Positions 1-12,270 are shown, numbered from the whole stretch's first letter. The stretch: DNA of 63,902 bases, filler included, from Octopus bimaculoides (GCF_001194135.2; 6 parts of 6 records of this genome joined end to end with filler, not necessarily neighbours in it), one strand, 5' to 3'. The notes: generated by a model not told the origin, from the sequence alone. Program-made: numbers and translations.

Positions 1-253
1 TTATTCTCCCCTTCTACGATCTACTTGCCGCCACCTGTTTTCACCACCACCCCCGCCATTTATTTGTATTTCTCAGTCCCCCCTTCCTCCTCCCCCCATC
101 GCCACACGTCACCACTAAATGATGGCAGGAAAACAAATGTTACTCGAAACAGCTAATCAGCTGCCAAGGCGACGACACCACGATTGTCTGATGACTTCAT
201 TGCTCCAGCCACAAACGCGGGGAATTATAAAGTATAGGTATTCCTATACAATA

Positions 254-393
254 GAGTCAGAAATTATTCTACGGTGTTCCTATGCAATTGAGCCAGAAAT
301 TATTCCAGAGTGTTCCGATCCAAGAGTCAGTAATTATTCCAGGGTGTTCCTATACTAGAGTCAGATATTATTCCAGGGTGTTCTATACACCAG
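254..393. repeat. Minisatellite, ~34-bp unit, 4 copies
   Basis: Units start at 254, 290, 324 and 358; consensus GAGTCAGWAATTATTCCAGGGTGTTCCTATACTA. Confidence 0.85.
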
Positions 394-401
394 ATTTAAA
401 A

Positions 402-545
402 ACTATTTGCTTTGCAACCACTTGGTATCAGGTTCAGTCCCACTGCGTGGAACTTCGGGTATGTATCTTCTACTCTAGCCCCGAGTAACCAATGTTTTGT
501 GAGTGAATTTGGTAGATGGAAACTGCGTGGAAGCCTGTGGTGTGT
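402..545 (+). mobile_element. SINE family A, 5' half
   Basis: B-box-like GGTTCAGTCCC then the family body ...GTGAGTGAATTTGGTAGATGGAAACTG, as in the full copy at 5118-5535. Confidence 0.75.
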
Positions 546-969
546 GTTACACACATACGCATACCACATTTAGTCGTGTATAAGTGTTAAATCTTGGTAC
601 AATTTTATTTTCCTTTCATAGTTTTAGCTTTGCTCCATGGATAAATCGTTTCCTAGTTTTTTTGGGTCCCCACCCCAGTTAAAATCAAGTATTAAAAAAG
701 TGCGCGTTATGCACGAATAAATACAGTTTGAGTTCGTGTTTGTCCCTCACTTCCTTGTTTGATAACCAATTTTTGTTTATACTCCTCTACCTTTGCAATG
801 TTCGGCAAAAAAGATGCATAGAATGAATACCAGATTAAGAGGTAAAAAAAAACAGCAACCATAAGTATTAGGGGCAGTTTGTTCAAGTATAAAAACCCTT
901 TCGAGCTGGTGCCCCAGAATGGTTGCACTCCAATGAGCGAAACAAGTGAAAGATATGATATACTGGTTG

Positions 970-1668
970 CACCCACCACTTGAATTTATTGCCTTATAAC
1001 TTCCAGAAAAATTGATATTTTTTAATGAAATTTTCTGCAAATATGCTTCAGGTGGTGTAAATTCTGATTATATCAGAATTTGTGATGGAAAAAAATTTTC
1101 TGAGGGCAGGGTGATGAGTTTCAGAAAATTCACACGAGCCGGTTTTGTTTCCTCATAACTTTCGGAGAAATGGGTATTTAATAATGAAATTTCCAACAAG
1201 TATCTATCAGAGTGTGTAAATTACAGTTGTACCATTATTTGATATGAAAAAGAAAATTGGTGAGCACACACACACATACATTCTGACACATGTCACAATT
1301 ATTTTTGGAAAATTCTAGTTTCATTTTATTGATATATACAACGTGTGTCACTAATGTATGTGTACGTGTCCAATTTTATTTTTGTTATTAAATTCTGATA
1401 TAATCGTCATCTACACACTCTGAAAGGTATTTATAGAGCATTTCATTAAAAAATACCTATTTTTCTGAAAGTTATGGAAGAAACAAAGCTAACTCATGTG
1501 AATTTTCCGAAACTCTTCTCCTCCACTGACGAAAAAGAAAATTTTTTTTACTACAAATTCCAATATAATCGGAATCTACACCATCTGCAGCGTATTTGTA
1601 GAAAATTTTATTAAAAAATATCCATTTTCCTGAAAGTTATGAGGTAGCAAACTCGTTGTGGGGTGGGG
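970..1668. mobile_element. ~700-bp fold-back (MITE-like) element with internally duplicated arms
   Basis: 992-1100 matches the reverse complement of ~1545-1644 and 1151-1295 that of ~1340-1480; each arm holds two ~160-bp subunits starting CCTYATAACTTT. Confidence 0.75.
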
Positions 1669-2344
1669 ACACACTTATGAATGTATGCCAAAAGATAAGG
1701 TAAGATTGTCATGTGATGCCACAGTGTCTGGCATGAATCTCAAAGGAAACGCTAGAATCAACTGGTAAATATTTGTATCGGAATTCTGTCGGTCTTGTGA
1801 TCACAGAATCACAGAAAGCGGAAATATTGACACTGTCCGACCGGCAATGTCCAGACGGACGTTTCAAATAGCCATTCCACCCTTCCCCATCATCACTACT
1901 TTTTATTATTTTTTTTATTTATTTTTGTCTTGCAAAAAATTTATTTGGATTCCAGTGTTTTCAATTACGGAGATTACGATTTTGACCCCCACCCCTCAAA
2001 AAAAAAATCCAGCGTATCAGATCCTTAATCCACCTCTCAAAATATCCTCTTTTATCTTTTTACTTCTTTCAGTCATTGGACTGCGGCCATGCTGGGGCAC
2101 CGCCTTGAAGGGCTTTTAGTCATGTCCGTCGCTAAGGCGATGCACTGGATGGTACTGCCCCCACTCCTCTTTATCCAATGGTGCACCCTGAAATTTACAC
2201 CACTTTAGTGACTCCATCTTAGCATTATTACAAATTAGTGTCCACTCCAAATATTCTGAAGTACCTCACCTCAGCCACCAAAGTTTGGCGACGACTCTGC
2301 TTTTGGTCAAACAAACTGACTCCAGTATTTCTTGGTGTTTTAAA

Positions 2345-2585
2345 GTCTAGTACTTGTTGTATTAGTTTGTTTTGCCAAACTGCTAAGTTACAAGGATGCA
2401 AATAAACCAACACCGGTTGTCAAGTGGTAGCGGATGACAAACACACATATAATACAAACAAGCTTCCGCACCATTTCCGTTACTGAAATTCACTCACATG
2501 GCATTGATAGCCCGGGACTATTGCAGCAGGCATTTGCCCAAGGTGCTGCGCAGTGGGACTGAACTCGGATCCATGAGAGAAATTG
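2345..2585 (-). mobile_element. SINE family A, diverged copy
   Basis: Reverse-complement match including TTGCCCAAGGTGC..CAGTGGGACTGAAC; a 3'-end fragment also lies at 2058-2115. Confidence 0.65.
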
Positions 2586-4339
2586 TGAAAGTCAGAGACT
2601 TCTTTCGGACCTTCGACATATGTATGCACAGGAGGGAAAAGCCTCTCTGTTCCAGGTTTTATTTGTGTGTATGTGTGTGTGTGTGAGGGAGATGTGTCAG
2701 ATATGTGTGGGGCTTCTGTTGGTAGTGATGATGATGATGATAGTGGTGGTGGTGGTACCCTTAACGTCAGTGATCTTGATGTCAGCAGCACAAAAACTAA
2801 GAGCTGAAGAGTAAATTGGATAAATGGCTGAGAGAGAAGTCACTGTTCTCCATTTTTAAATTTGTGTCGGACACTATTGTCAAATGAAGAACTTCGGTAG
2901 TAATCGGGGAAAGTTTCCATACTCTGCTTTGGTTGGACAGGGTCTGTGTTCTATGTTCTCTCTCTCTCATATATAAATATATAGTTTTAGGGAAACGAAC
3001 CAAGGTTCATGAACTCATCGATGAAAATCGACTGTCACATATAGAAAAATTAATAAGTAAAAGCACAATAAATGAGTATAATATAATACAAAGTAAATAT
3101 CATTAGATAAATATATTATCTTTATCTTATATTTACTTTGTATTATATTATACTCATTCATTGTGCTTTTCATTATTAATTTTTCTATANNNNNNNNNNN
3201 NNNNNNNNNNNNNNNNNNNNNNNNNNNNNNNNNNNNNNNNNNNNNNNNNNNNNNNNNNNNNNNNNNNNNNNNNNNNNNNNNNNNNNNNNNNNNNNNNNNN
3301 NNNNNNNNNNNNNNNNNNNNNNNNNNNNNNNNNNNNNNNNNNNNNNNNNNNNNNNNNNNNNNNNNNNNNNNNNNNNNNNNNNNNNNNNNNNNNNNNNNNN
3401 NNNNNNNNNNNNNNNNNNNNNNNNNNNNNNNNNNNNNNNNNNNNNNNNNNNNNNNNNNNNNNNNNNNNNNNNNNNNNNNNNNNNNNNNNNNNNNNNNNNN
3501 NNNNNNNNNNNNNNNNNNNNNNNNNNNNNNNNNNNNNNNNNNNNNNNNNNNNNNNNNNNNNNNNNNNNNNNNNNNNNNNNNNNNNNNNNNNNNNNNNNNN
3601 NNNNNNNNNNNNNNNNNNNNNNNNNNNNNNNNNNNNNNNNNNNNNNNNNNNNNNNNNNNNNNNNNNNNNNNNNNNNNNNNNNNNNNNNNNNNNNNNNNNN
3701 NNNNNNNNNNNNNNNNNNNNNNNNNNNNNNNNNNNNNNNNNNNNNNNNNNNNNNNNNNNNNNNNNNNNNNNNNNNNNNNNNNNNNNNNNNNNNNNNNNNN
3801 NNNNNNNNNNNNNNNNNNNNNNNNNNNNNNNNNNNNNNNNNNNNNNNNNNNNNNNNNNNNNNNNNNNNNNNNNNNNNNNNNNNNNNNNNNNNNNNNNNNN
3901 NNNNNNNNNNNNNNNNNNNNNNNNNNNNNNNNNNNNNNNNNNNNNNNNNNNNNNNNNNNNNNNNNNNNNNNNNNNNNNNNNNNNNNNNNNNNNNNNNNNN
4001 NNNNNNNNNNNNNNNNNNNNNNNNNNNNNNNNNNNNNNNNNNNNNNNNNNNNNNNNNNNNNNNNNNNNNNNNNNNNNNNNNNNNNNNNNNNNNNNNNNNN
4101 NNGCACGTGCTATTTTCAGGATGTTGACAAAATGTGCTGTCACGCACAAAATGGCAACTTCTAGATCCTGTTTCCTGATGTGGTGAAAATGATCAAACCT
4201 TATACCTCTATAACTTAACAAAAAATTTTCTGGAAAAAGTGAAATAACTCCAGCGATTCAGCTTGGAAAACTACATTAATGTATCAAATTTTAAAATTTT
4301 CGATAAACTTTAATTTTTGAAACCTTGGCAGCCAAACAG

Positions 4340-4470
4340 AAAAGATCCGGTGAGTAGACTGGGGCAATGTGGAATAAAGTGTCTTGCTCACGTATACAAT
4401 GCGTGGCCGGGAATTGAACTCATGACCTTACGATCTTGAGCCAAATACCCTAACCAGTAAGCCACGTACC
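4340..4470 (-). mobile_element. SINE family E (tRNA head + CORE-like domain), partial
   Basis: Reverse strand has A box TGGCTTACTGG, B box GAGTTCAATTCC and TGAGCAAGACACTTTATT. Confidence 0.65.
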
Positions 4471-4935
4471 TTCGTGTGTGTGTGTGTACAGAGAAAGAGG
4501 AAATGAGAGAGAGAGAGAGGAAGAGAGAGAGAGAGAGGAAGAGACAGTGAGTGAGCGGATGTACATGTCGTGTCAGAATGTATTTATAAATCAATCAAGG
4601 TGCAGGCTCGTCCATATTTGTTGTCTGGCTGTTGCCATCATCTGATAATGAATGTCACATGACATGAGTAGGACTTGGAGAACTGTGCAGGCTTGTACAG
4701 CAAACCCGTAAGTGCTGCCTCCATTAAAGCATCGTCCGGAATGGACCATCTCCATTGTCCCTCCAGCTATGCCACTCATAACAGACGGAATCCTTTCAGT
4801 TTATGATCACAAAGTGAAAGTGGGAAATTAGCTCAAAAAATCAGCGTGGAAATTTCAGAGATGATTTTTAAGACAACTGGAATTTTGGAAAATCAAAAGA
4901 TTTGTTCATAGTAATCTCTGTATTTTTGAATATGT

Positions 4936-5081
4936 GATGCAGGCGTGGCTGTGTGGTAAGAAACTTACTTCCCAACCACATGTTCTGGGTTCAGTCCCAC
5001 TGCTGTGGTACCTTTACTATAGCCTCAGGCCGACCAAAGCCTTAAGTGCATTTAGTAGAGGGAAACCGAAAGAACCCCGTA

Positions 5082-5113
<32 letters not shown>

Positions 5114-5535
5114 GTATAGGCGCAGGGGTGGTTGTGTGGTAAGAAGCTTATTTCCCAACTACATGGTTCCGGGTTCAGTTCCATTGCGTGACACCTTCGG
5201 CAAGTGTCTTCTACTATAGACTCGGGCTGACCAAAGTCTTGTGAGTGAATTTGGTAGACGGAAACTGAAAGAAGCCCGTCATACACACACACATGCATGC
5301 ATGCATATATGTGTATTTGTGTGTCTGTGTTTGTCTCCCCACCATCGCTTGACAACCGATGTTGGTGCGTTTACGTACCCGTAACTTAGCGGTTCGGCAA
5401 AAGTGACCGATGGAATAAGTACTAGGCTTACAAAGAATAAGTCCTGGGGGGGGGCGATTTGTTCGATTAAAAACCCTTCAAGGCGGTGCTACAGCATGGC
5501 CGCAGTCAAACGACTGAAACAAGTAAAAGAATAAG
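4936..5535 (+). mobile_element. SINE family A: truncated head (4936-5060) followed by a full copy (5118-5535)
   Basis: A box TGGTTGTGTGG, B box GGTTCAGTTCC, CORE-like CACCTTCGGCAAGTGTC, central CA/TA microsatellite, tail CAGCATGGCCGCAGTCAAACGACTGAAACAAGTAAAAG. Confidence 0.9.
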
Positions 5536-6439
5536 AGAATACCTCCCACCCACACATNNNNNNNNNNNNNNNNNNNNNNNNNNNNNNNNNNNNNNNNNNN
5601 NNNNNNNNNNNNNNNNNNNNNNNNNNNNNNNNNNNNNNNNNNNNNNNNNNNNNNNNNNNNNNNNNNNNNNNNNNNNNNNNNNNNNNNNNNNNNNNNNNNN
5701 NNNNNNNNNNNNNNNNNNNNNNNNNNNNNNNNNNNNNNNNNNNNNNNNNNNNNNNNNNNNNNNNNNNNNNNNNNNNNNNNNNNNNNNNNNNNNNNNNNNN
5801 NNNNNNNNNNNNNNNNNNNNNNNNNNNNNNNNNNNNNNNNNNNNNNNNNNNNNNNNNNNNNNNNNNNNNNNNNNNNNNNNNNNNNNNNNNNNNNNNNNNN
5901 NNNNNNNNNNNNNNNNNNNNNNNNNNNNNNNNNNNNNNNNNNNNNNNNNNNNNNNNNNNNNNNNNNNNNNNNNNNNNNNNNNNNNNNNNNNNNNNNNNNN
6001 NNNNNNNNNNNNNNNNNNNNNNNNNNNNNNNNNNNNNNNNNNNNNNNNNNNNNNNNNNNNNNNNNNNNNNNNNNNNNNNNNNNNNNNNNNNNNNNNNNNN
6101 NNNNNNNNNNNNNNNNNNNNNNNNNNNNNNNNNNNNNNNNNNNNNNNNNNNNNNNNNNNNNNNNNNNNNNNNNNNNNNNNNNNNNNNNNNNNNNNNNNNN
6201 NNNNNNNNNNNNNNNNNNNNNNNNNNNNNNNNNNNNNNNNNNNNNNNNNNNNNNNNNNNNNNNNNNNNNNNNNNNNNNNNNNNNNNNNNNNNNNNNNNNN
6301 NNNNNNNNNNNNNNNNNNNNNNNNNNNNNNNNNNNNNNNNNNNNNNNNNNNNNNNNNNNNNNNNNNNNNNNNNNNNNNNNNNNNNNNNNNNNNNNNNNNN
6401 NNNNNNNNNNNNNNNNNNNNNNNNNNNNNNNNTGAGTGC

Positions 6440-6587
6440 CGCACACTGGTGTGCCACGAAATGATGCTAGGTGTGCCGCAGTGTAACCTGCATATAATTT
6501 TTTTCCCTTTGCTTTTAGTTGTTTTTAGTTCAGGTGTGCCACTGAATTTTGAAAAGAATATAAGTGGACAAAGGTTGCGGAGCACTG
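6440..6587. mobile_element. hAT-like MITE end
   Basis: GTGTGCC repeats and terminus AAGGTTGCGGAGCACTG resembling hAT TIRs; the other end is lost in the gap. Confidence 0.45.
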
Positions 6588-6859
6588 ATTTAGGGGAACA
6601 GAGTGAGCCCTATATGACTCTTTGCAGGCCCTCCGAGAGACTTGTGGAAGCGATGTTGTGAATGTTCAGGTCAACATCTGCCGGAATGACACGTGCAGGG
6701 GGGAAGAGGAGATTCCAGAGGGAGGGGGGTGATGTTTCGGGTATAAAGGATTGTATATAGTATTTAGTACAAGGATTAGGGTGGGAGAGTGCAACAAAAG
6801 TGACGAAAAAAGAGGTAGAGAGACGAACAAGTCAGAGGCATTCGTGTGGGAGAGGTTTC

Positions 6860-7255
6860 GTATATGGTGTGTGTGTGTGTTACATTTTGGGTAAACTCTA
6901 TGAGTGTTTTGGTCCCTTCCGTCGCAAAACACTCAGGGTACTCACCAATAATGCAGGTGGAGAAACTCCCCACACAACAGCACGAGCTTTGTCGAGTCAG
7001 ACGTCGTGACCCTAGGCCAGATGTTTCTACCGTCCTCAATGCTCTTTCTTTCTGCAGCATTCGTCCTTTCACTTGAGCCAGATGTGATGGCTTGCTTTCT
7101 CAGTAGCTCTTCACAAGTTTCCAGCAGTCTCTTTTCTCTCCTTTGCAGCTAGTCCAAGGCTCCTGAGTATCAAGTGAGCCTTGCTTCCAACAAATCCTCT
7201 AATATCTATCTTGGCAGATGGCCATATTACTTCCTCTTCATATTTATGACCGACC
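6860..7255 (-). mobile_element. RLE-type non-LTR retrotransposon 3' end (HERO-like), degenerate
   Basis: Minus strand reads KYEEEVIWPSAKIDIRGFVGSKAHLILRSLGLAAKERKETAGNL*RATEKASHHIWLK, matching from memory the HERO-clade C-terminus (KYxEL..GW..EVGCRGF..EKASxWLW); the 3' UTR has an 11-bp hairpin at 6901-6935. Confidence 0.7.
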
Positions 7256-7289
7256 AGACTTAGGATCGAAAACGTAATCATCCCGTTCG

Positions 7290-7670
7290 TGGCTGTAGAG
7301 ATAAGAAGCTTGCTTCCCAAGCACGTGGTTTAGTGTTTAGTCCTACTGTGTGGTCCCTTCGGCGTGTGTTTTCTACTATGGCCTCAGATTGACCAATGCC
7401 TTGTGAGTGAATTTCGTAGACGAAAACTGAAAATAAACCCGTCGTATGTGTTTGCGCATGCGCGCGTTCCCCAACGTTTGACAACTGGTGTTGGTGTGTT
7501 GACGTCCCTGTAACTTAGTGATTCGACAAAAAGAGACCAATAGAATAAATACACAGCTTGGAAAAAAAAATAATAGCACTGGAATCGATTCCATTCGATT
7601 AAAAATTCTTGAAGACAGTGCTCCAGCATGGCCGCTGTCTAATAACAGAAACATGTAAAAGATAAATGAC
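7290..7670 (+). mobile_element. SINE family A, full copy
   Basis: Head, body and tail all align to 5118-5535. Confidence 0.85.
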
Positions 7671-7760
7671 GAAAGACTATATTTATCCAATGTGTCTTGT
7701 CCTTCTGTATCCAAAAGGGTAGGGCTTGATTGGAGAAAAAATAGGTTGCGCTATCTAGCA

Positions 7761-8115
7761 CTGTGGTTTTCAACCGGAGTCCATACGGCTCTTGAGGGTC
7801 CATATAAGATTTTTGGGGTCCATGCAATAAACTAGTAAATTGGGGATCCACAATAATATTTCAAGGACCGTGGAAAAGACTTTTCTTTAGATGTATGTAT
7901 TGCAAGAAACAGTGAGGTTTCTTTCTCTAACATTTTACATAGTTCAACCTATACAAATTAATGTGGGGGGAAAAAAATAGGAATTTTGAAAGAGGTTTCT
8001 ATAAAACTAGTTTTTAAACATTGAAAGGCTATGGTGGTCCATCAGAATAAAATAATACTCAAAGGGGCCCATAGATAAAAAAAAAAAAAAAAAGGGAAAT
8101 GGTTGACAACTCCTG
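7761..8115. mobile_element. hAT-superfamily MITE
   Basis: TIRs CTGTGGTTTTCAACC / GGTTGACAACTCCTG with a perfect 8-bp TSD ATCTAGCA (7753-7760, 8116-8123). Confidence 0.85.
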
Positions 8116-8469
8116 ATCTAGCAGGTTTGTATAACTACGTAGAGGTTATCCTGTCAGCTTGCTTGACAAAAGAATTTACACATTTAAACATGGCTATGTA
8201 AATATACGCATACGCACACACACACACACACCAGATAAATAGTGCGAAGAAGCTGGTTATGTCATAGTATATACAGTGACAGGCGAATTAACACACCTGG
8301 CCTTTTAAACACTGTCGCAACGAACCAACAACGAGCGTCCAACATGCTAGAAGTAGCAGCGAAATTATCCTCACTCTCGGAGCCACGCTTCTGCCATTCT
8401 TAAATAAACGTGGGGTGGGGGTGGGATGTGAGTATTTCTCGTTTGACTTACAGAGCTGGATTTTTTTAG

Positions 8470-8780
8470 AAAGGGCTGTGCGGTAAGTAGCTTGCTTACC
8501 AACCACATGGTTCCAGGTTCAGTCCCACTGCGTGGCACCTTGGGCAAGTGTCTTCTACTATAGCCTCGGGCCAACCAAAGCCTTGTGGGTGGATTTGGTA
8601 GATGGAAACTGAAAGAAGCCCGTCGTATATATGTATATATATATGTGTATGTTTGTGTGTCTGTGTTTGTCCCCCCAACATCACTTGACAAGCGATGCTG
8701 GTGTGTTTACGTCCCCGTCACTTAGCGGTTCGGCAAAAGAGACCGATAGAATAAGTACTAGGCTTACAAAGAATAATTCC
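8470..8780 (+). mobile_element. SINE family A, 3'-truncated
   Basis: Head, CORE-like block, TA/TG microsatellite and body to AAGAATAA. Confidence 0.9.
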
Positions 8781-9011
8781 TATAATATTCTTATTATATC
8801 AGACTATGGATAATTAAATTATAACAGTTATTAAAGTCCACTCTGCATTGTTGCGCCATTCAAGACATGTTATATTTTAGTCACAAATATATTTATCCTC
8901 GTGTGTTTTGAGGACTGACAATGCATTGGAGTAAAAATACTTCCTCTGTGTGTGTACTTTCGGCAAGTTCCGTCGAACTATGGCTATTGTGCCTGACGTC
9001 ATACCTATGAC

Positions 9012-9330
9012 CATAGCGCATGACTCAGTGGTTAGAGCGTCAGGCTAACAATCATGTAGTTGTGAGTTCGATTCCCGGACCGTGCTTTGTGTTGTGTTCT
9101 TAAGCAAAACATTCTATTTCACGTTGCTCCAGTTCACTCAGCTGTAGAAATGAGTTGCAACATCATTTGTGCCATGCCGTATCGGCCCCTTTGCCTTTCC
9201 CTTGGATAACATTGGTGGCGTGGAGAGGGGAGGCTGGGCGACTGCAGGTCTTCTGTAAACAACCTTGCCCGGACTTGTGCCTCAGAGGGGAACTTTCTAC
9301 GTACATCCCTTGACCGAAGGTGGTCTTTAC
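9012..9330 (+). mobile_element. SINE family E (tRNA head + CORE-like domain)
   Basis: A box TGACTCAGTGG, B box GAGTTCGATTCC, then TTAAGCAAAACATTCTATTTCACGTTGCTCCAGTTCACTCAGCTG. Confidence 0.8.
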
Positions 9331-10479
9331 ACTTTTTTAAAATCTTTTACTTAATTAATTTTTCTATTATGCAACCATCATAAAACAAGTTGTGTTCGGT
9401 GCATTCCGCTGCATACACCAAATGAGAATCCTTACAGTTCCTTCCTCCCGTATGAATCATAACATTTCTGTTAAAATTTGTGATGGAGTTGTCTTGACTC
9501 CTGTTGTTGCACAGTTCGAATTCTGAATTTCTGCGTATTTTTTATTTTGAACCCCCAAAAGACGGACATACTGTCGAAATTATTGTTCAGTTCAAAAGAG
9601 TCAATTTCTGTTTGTGACAAATCGTATCACGCTCTTATTGTGTATTTACCTTCGCGAAGAGTTGTCAATCTTCATAAAGTTTACACACGCACAAAGGCCA
9701 GTTACTGCAGTATTTGTCCCGAAATAACATCTCTTATGGACTTATTGTGTTAACCAGATGTATTTCGGCCGTTTGGGACCACTGCTGGTATGAATTTTAG
9801 CCACTCTACTAATTATTGTGCTTTCAACGCAGCACGTCCACAAGAGATGTTATCTTTGGACAAATACTGCAGTAAAAAGCCAATCAACAGTGTATATACA
9901 TTAAGTATAATGCATAGATGACCATTTTAATTAAATATTGCTGAAATTGCATATACCGTTGGTGTACGCGAGTGTGTTGCTGAGAGGAAAATTTGTTCGG
10001 ACTACGAAGAAATTTATTTTGATTACTTAACTGAATTCCTAGAAAAACGGTTAGTATACAAAAGGGCACAGAGGATGAATTAACATTTGCATTTCTCTAT
10101 CAGTCTGGTTACTGGACACGCCTATGAAGCTGAGAAAATTTCACAGTTGATTGGGAATAGAATTACTATATCTGAGGAAGTGAACGAACTCTAAAGTTAT
10201 CACAAGAATTGCATAAATTTGTATTTGATACGAAATAGCGTTCGTTCACCGAAACGTACGTAACATGCATATGACTTCGCTTTTCCTCAATTAAAATGAT
10301 ATACGTCTTGCATTGGCAGAGTATTCCTATAATAATTGACCGAAGTATAATTATTCTTTGGTTAATCAAGAAGTGTAACCTTTACCCTCTGCTATTCGAG
10401 CACTTCGCTAACCAGATTCCTGCATGAAGTGCGGCAGAGGTGATCGCCTGGATTTTACCAATCCTCATAATTATTCTAT

Positions 10480-10825
10480 TACGTGTTTCAGTCATTTGAC
10501 TGCGGCCATGCTTGAGCACCGCCTTTAGTCGAACAGGTTGACCCCGGGACGTATTCTTTGTGAACCTAGTACTCATTCTGTCGGTCTTTTTTGCCGAACC
10601 GCTAAGTTATGGAGATTTAAACAGACCAACATCGGTTGTCAAATGATGGGGGAGGGGCGGACAGACACACAAATGCATACATATATATACGACGGGCTTC
10701 TTTCAGTTTCCTCACAAAGCTTTGGTCGGCCCAAGGCTATAGCAGAAGGTGCCACGCAGTGGGACTGAACCTGAAACCATGTGGTTGGGAAGCAAGCTAC
10801 TTACCACACAGCCACTCTTGCACCT
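10480..10825 (-). mobile_element. SINE family A, full copy
   Basis: Reverse-complement match over head, body and tail. Confidence 0.9.
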
Positions 10826-10826
10826 A

Positions 10827-10909
<83 letters not shown>

Positions 10910-11011
10910 GCGAAACAAGGTGGAAAAAAATAGTATTCGAATACCGGAGGTAGAGTAAGGTTCTTTATTAAAAAGCAAATATATATAATGTGTGTGTGTG
11001 TATGTAATGAT

Positions 11012-11203
11012 TACGTTGAGTGTCCACGTGTCTGTGGAATGCTGAACCTCTGACACATTAATCCAGGTGGTGGTGGTGGAAATGGTGGTTCTCCGTCGTT
11101 TCACGACGAGGATTCAGTTGTTGAATCAACCGAATTGCTTGCGTCCGAATTAATGTTTTAAGCGGCTGAGCATTCCACAGACACCACATGTACCATTCAT
11201 GTA
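11012..11203. mobile_element. Two inverted 3' fragments of SINE family D
   Basis: 11012-11061 (+) and 11091-11203 (-) both match the GTGTCTGTGGARTGCTCAGCC region of 55947-56321. Confidence 0.7.
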
Positions 11204-11321
11204 AATATATATAGTGTGAGTGTGTGTGTGGTCCGTGTGTGTTTATAAACACACACACATACATACGCATGTATATANNNNNNNNNNNNNNNNNNNNNNN
11301 NNNNNNNNNNNNNNNNNNNNN

Positions 11322-11333
11322 TTAATTAATTAA
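11322..11333. other. Artificial scaffold linker TTAATTAATTAA inside a 100-bp gap (also 42053, 57709, 61460, 62642)
   Basis: Identical 12-mer with stops in all six frames, flanked by 44 N each side, five times. Confidence 0.97.
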
Positions 11334-11404
11334 NNNNNNNNNNNNNNNNNNNNNNNNNNNNNNNNNNNNNNNNNNNNTATGATATTTACTTTACTTTATA
11401 TTAT

Positions 11405-11700
11405 ACTCATGCATACACACACAAACATACACACACATGCCTACACATATGCACACATGCATGCACACACAAATACACACACACATGCACTCACAAATAC
11501 GCACATGCATACACACACAAATACACATGCATGCACACACAAACACGTACACACATGCACACACAAATGCACACAAGCTTGCAAACACAAACACATACAA
11601 ACACACACACAAATGCACACAAGCTTGCAAACACAAACACACACACACATGCACACACAAACACACACACACTTGCACACACAAACACACACACATGCCG
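11405..11700. repeat. Cryptic (CA)-rich low-complexity repeat
   Basis: Degenerate CACACA/CATG runs with a duplicated CACACAAATGCACACAAGCTTGCAAACACAAAC unit; explains the His/Thr and Cys/Val ORFs. Confidence 0.9.
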
Positions 11701-12151
11701 ATCATCCTCATTGTCATTTTACGTCCATCTTCCATTCTGGCATAGCTTTCACAGCTGGACAGGACCTGACAATCCAAAAGACTGCATTGAGCTCATGCCA
11801 TCCATTTTATTGAGTGTAATGAGTTCTTTTTTAATTGGCATCAGGACAAGTGAGACCACCAAAGAACTCACATGATAAGATTTTTTAACTGAGTAGGATT
11901 GCAGTATTGAGAAAGCTGGATTTAAGCCAGGTGTTCAGGCTAAAATTTGATTGGGGTACAGGAACAGGTGTGTAACTGAAGAGGAGATGCATGACTGGTG
12001 AACAAGGGTGACAGTGTGGTTACTGTTGTGTCTTAGATTGAGGGGAGAGTGAAGAGGAATAGAGGTGGGTCAGGGAGGACGAGATGATAAGACAGTACAT
12101 AAAGGGTTTGGATGGAGAGCAACAGTATAATAAAACCCCATAGACTGAGAG

Positions 12152-12185
<34 letters not shown>

Positions 12186-12186
<1 letters not shown>

Positions 12187-12270
12187 CCCTTTCGAAATTA
12201 TCCCTAATTTGTGGTGTGGAGTTTTGACTGCACCTTCTAGCAGGTTAGATGTCCTATTATGGACATCTCC
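12186..12270 (+). mobile_element. 3' tail of the same family as 32962-33388
   Basis: TTCGAAATTATCCCTA..TTCTAGCAGGTTAGATGTCC directly after a (TA)n run. Confidence 0.7.

Noticed and set aside
254-393. CRISPR-like array
   Set aside because: Units are contiguous with no unique spacers, no cas genes, and the DNA is eukaryotic.
3015-6661. Long ORFs of 300-390 aa in the track
   Set aside because: They run through N gaps (poly-X); the same applies to all other gap-spanning ORFs.
10381-10450. Possible HDV-like ribozyme on the minus strand (CCTCTGC/GCAGAGG pairing, CGAAUA)
   Set aside because: P1 and P3 cannot be formed properly; a simple nested hairpin explains the pairing.
11322-11333. Recurrent TTAATTAATTAA motif between N runs
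   Set aside because: Artificial scaffold linker; adjacency across these five points is not biological evidence.
11379-11875. His/Thr-rich and Cys/Val-rich ORFs
   Set aside because: Translations of CA/TG low-complexity DNA; likewise poly-Asn, poly-Ile, poly-Tyr and poly-Gly ORFs elsewhere.
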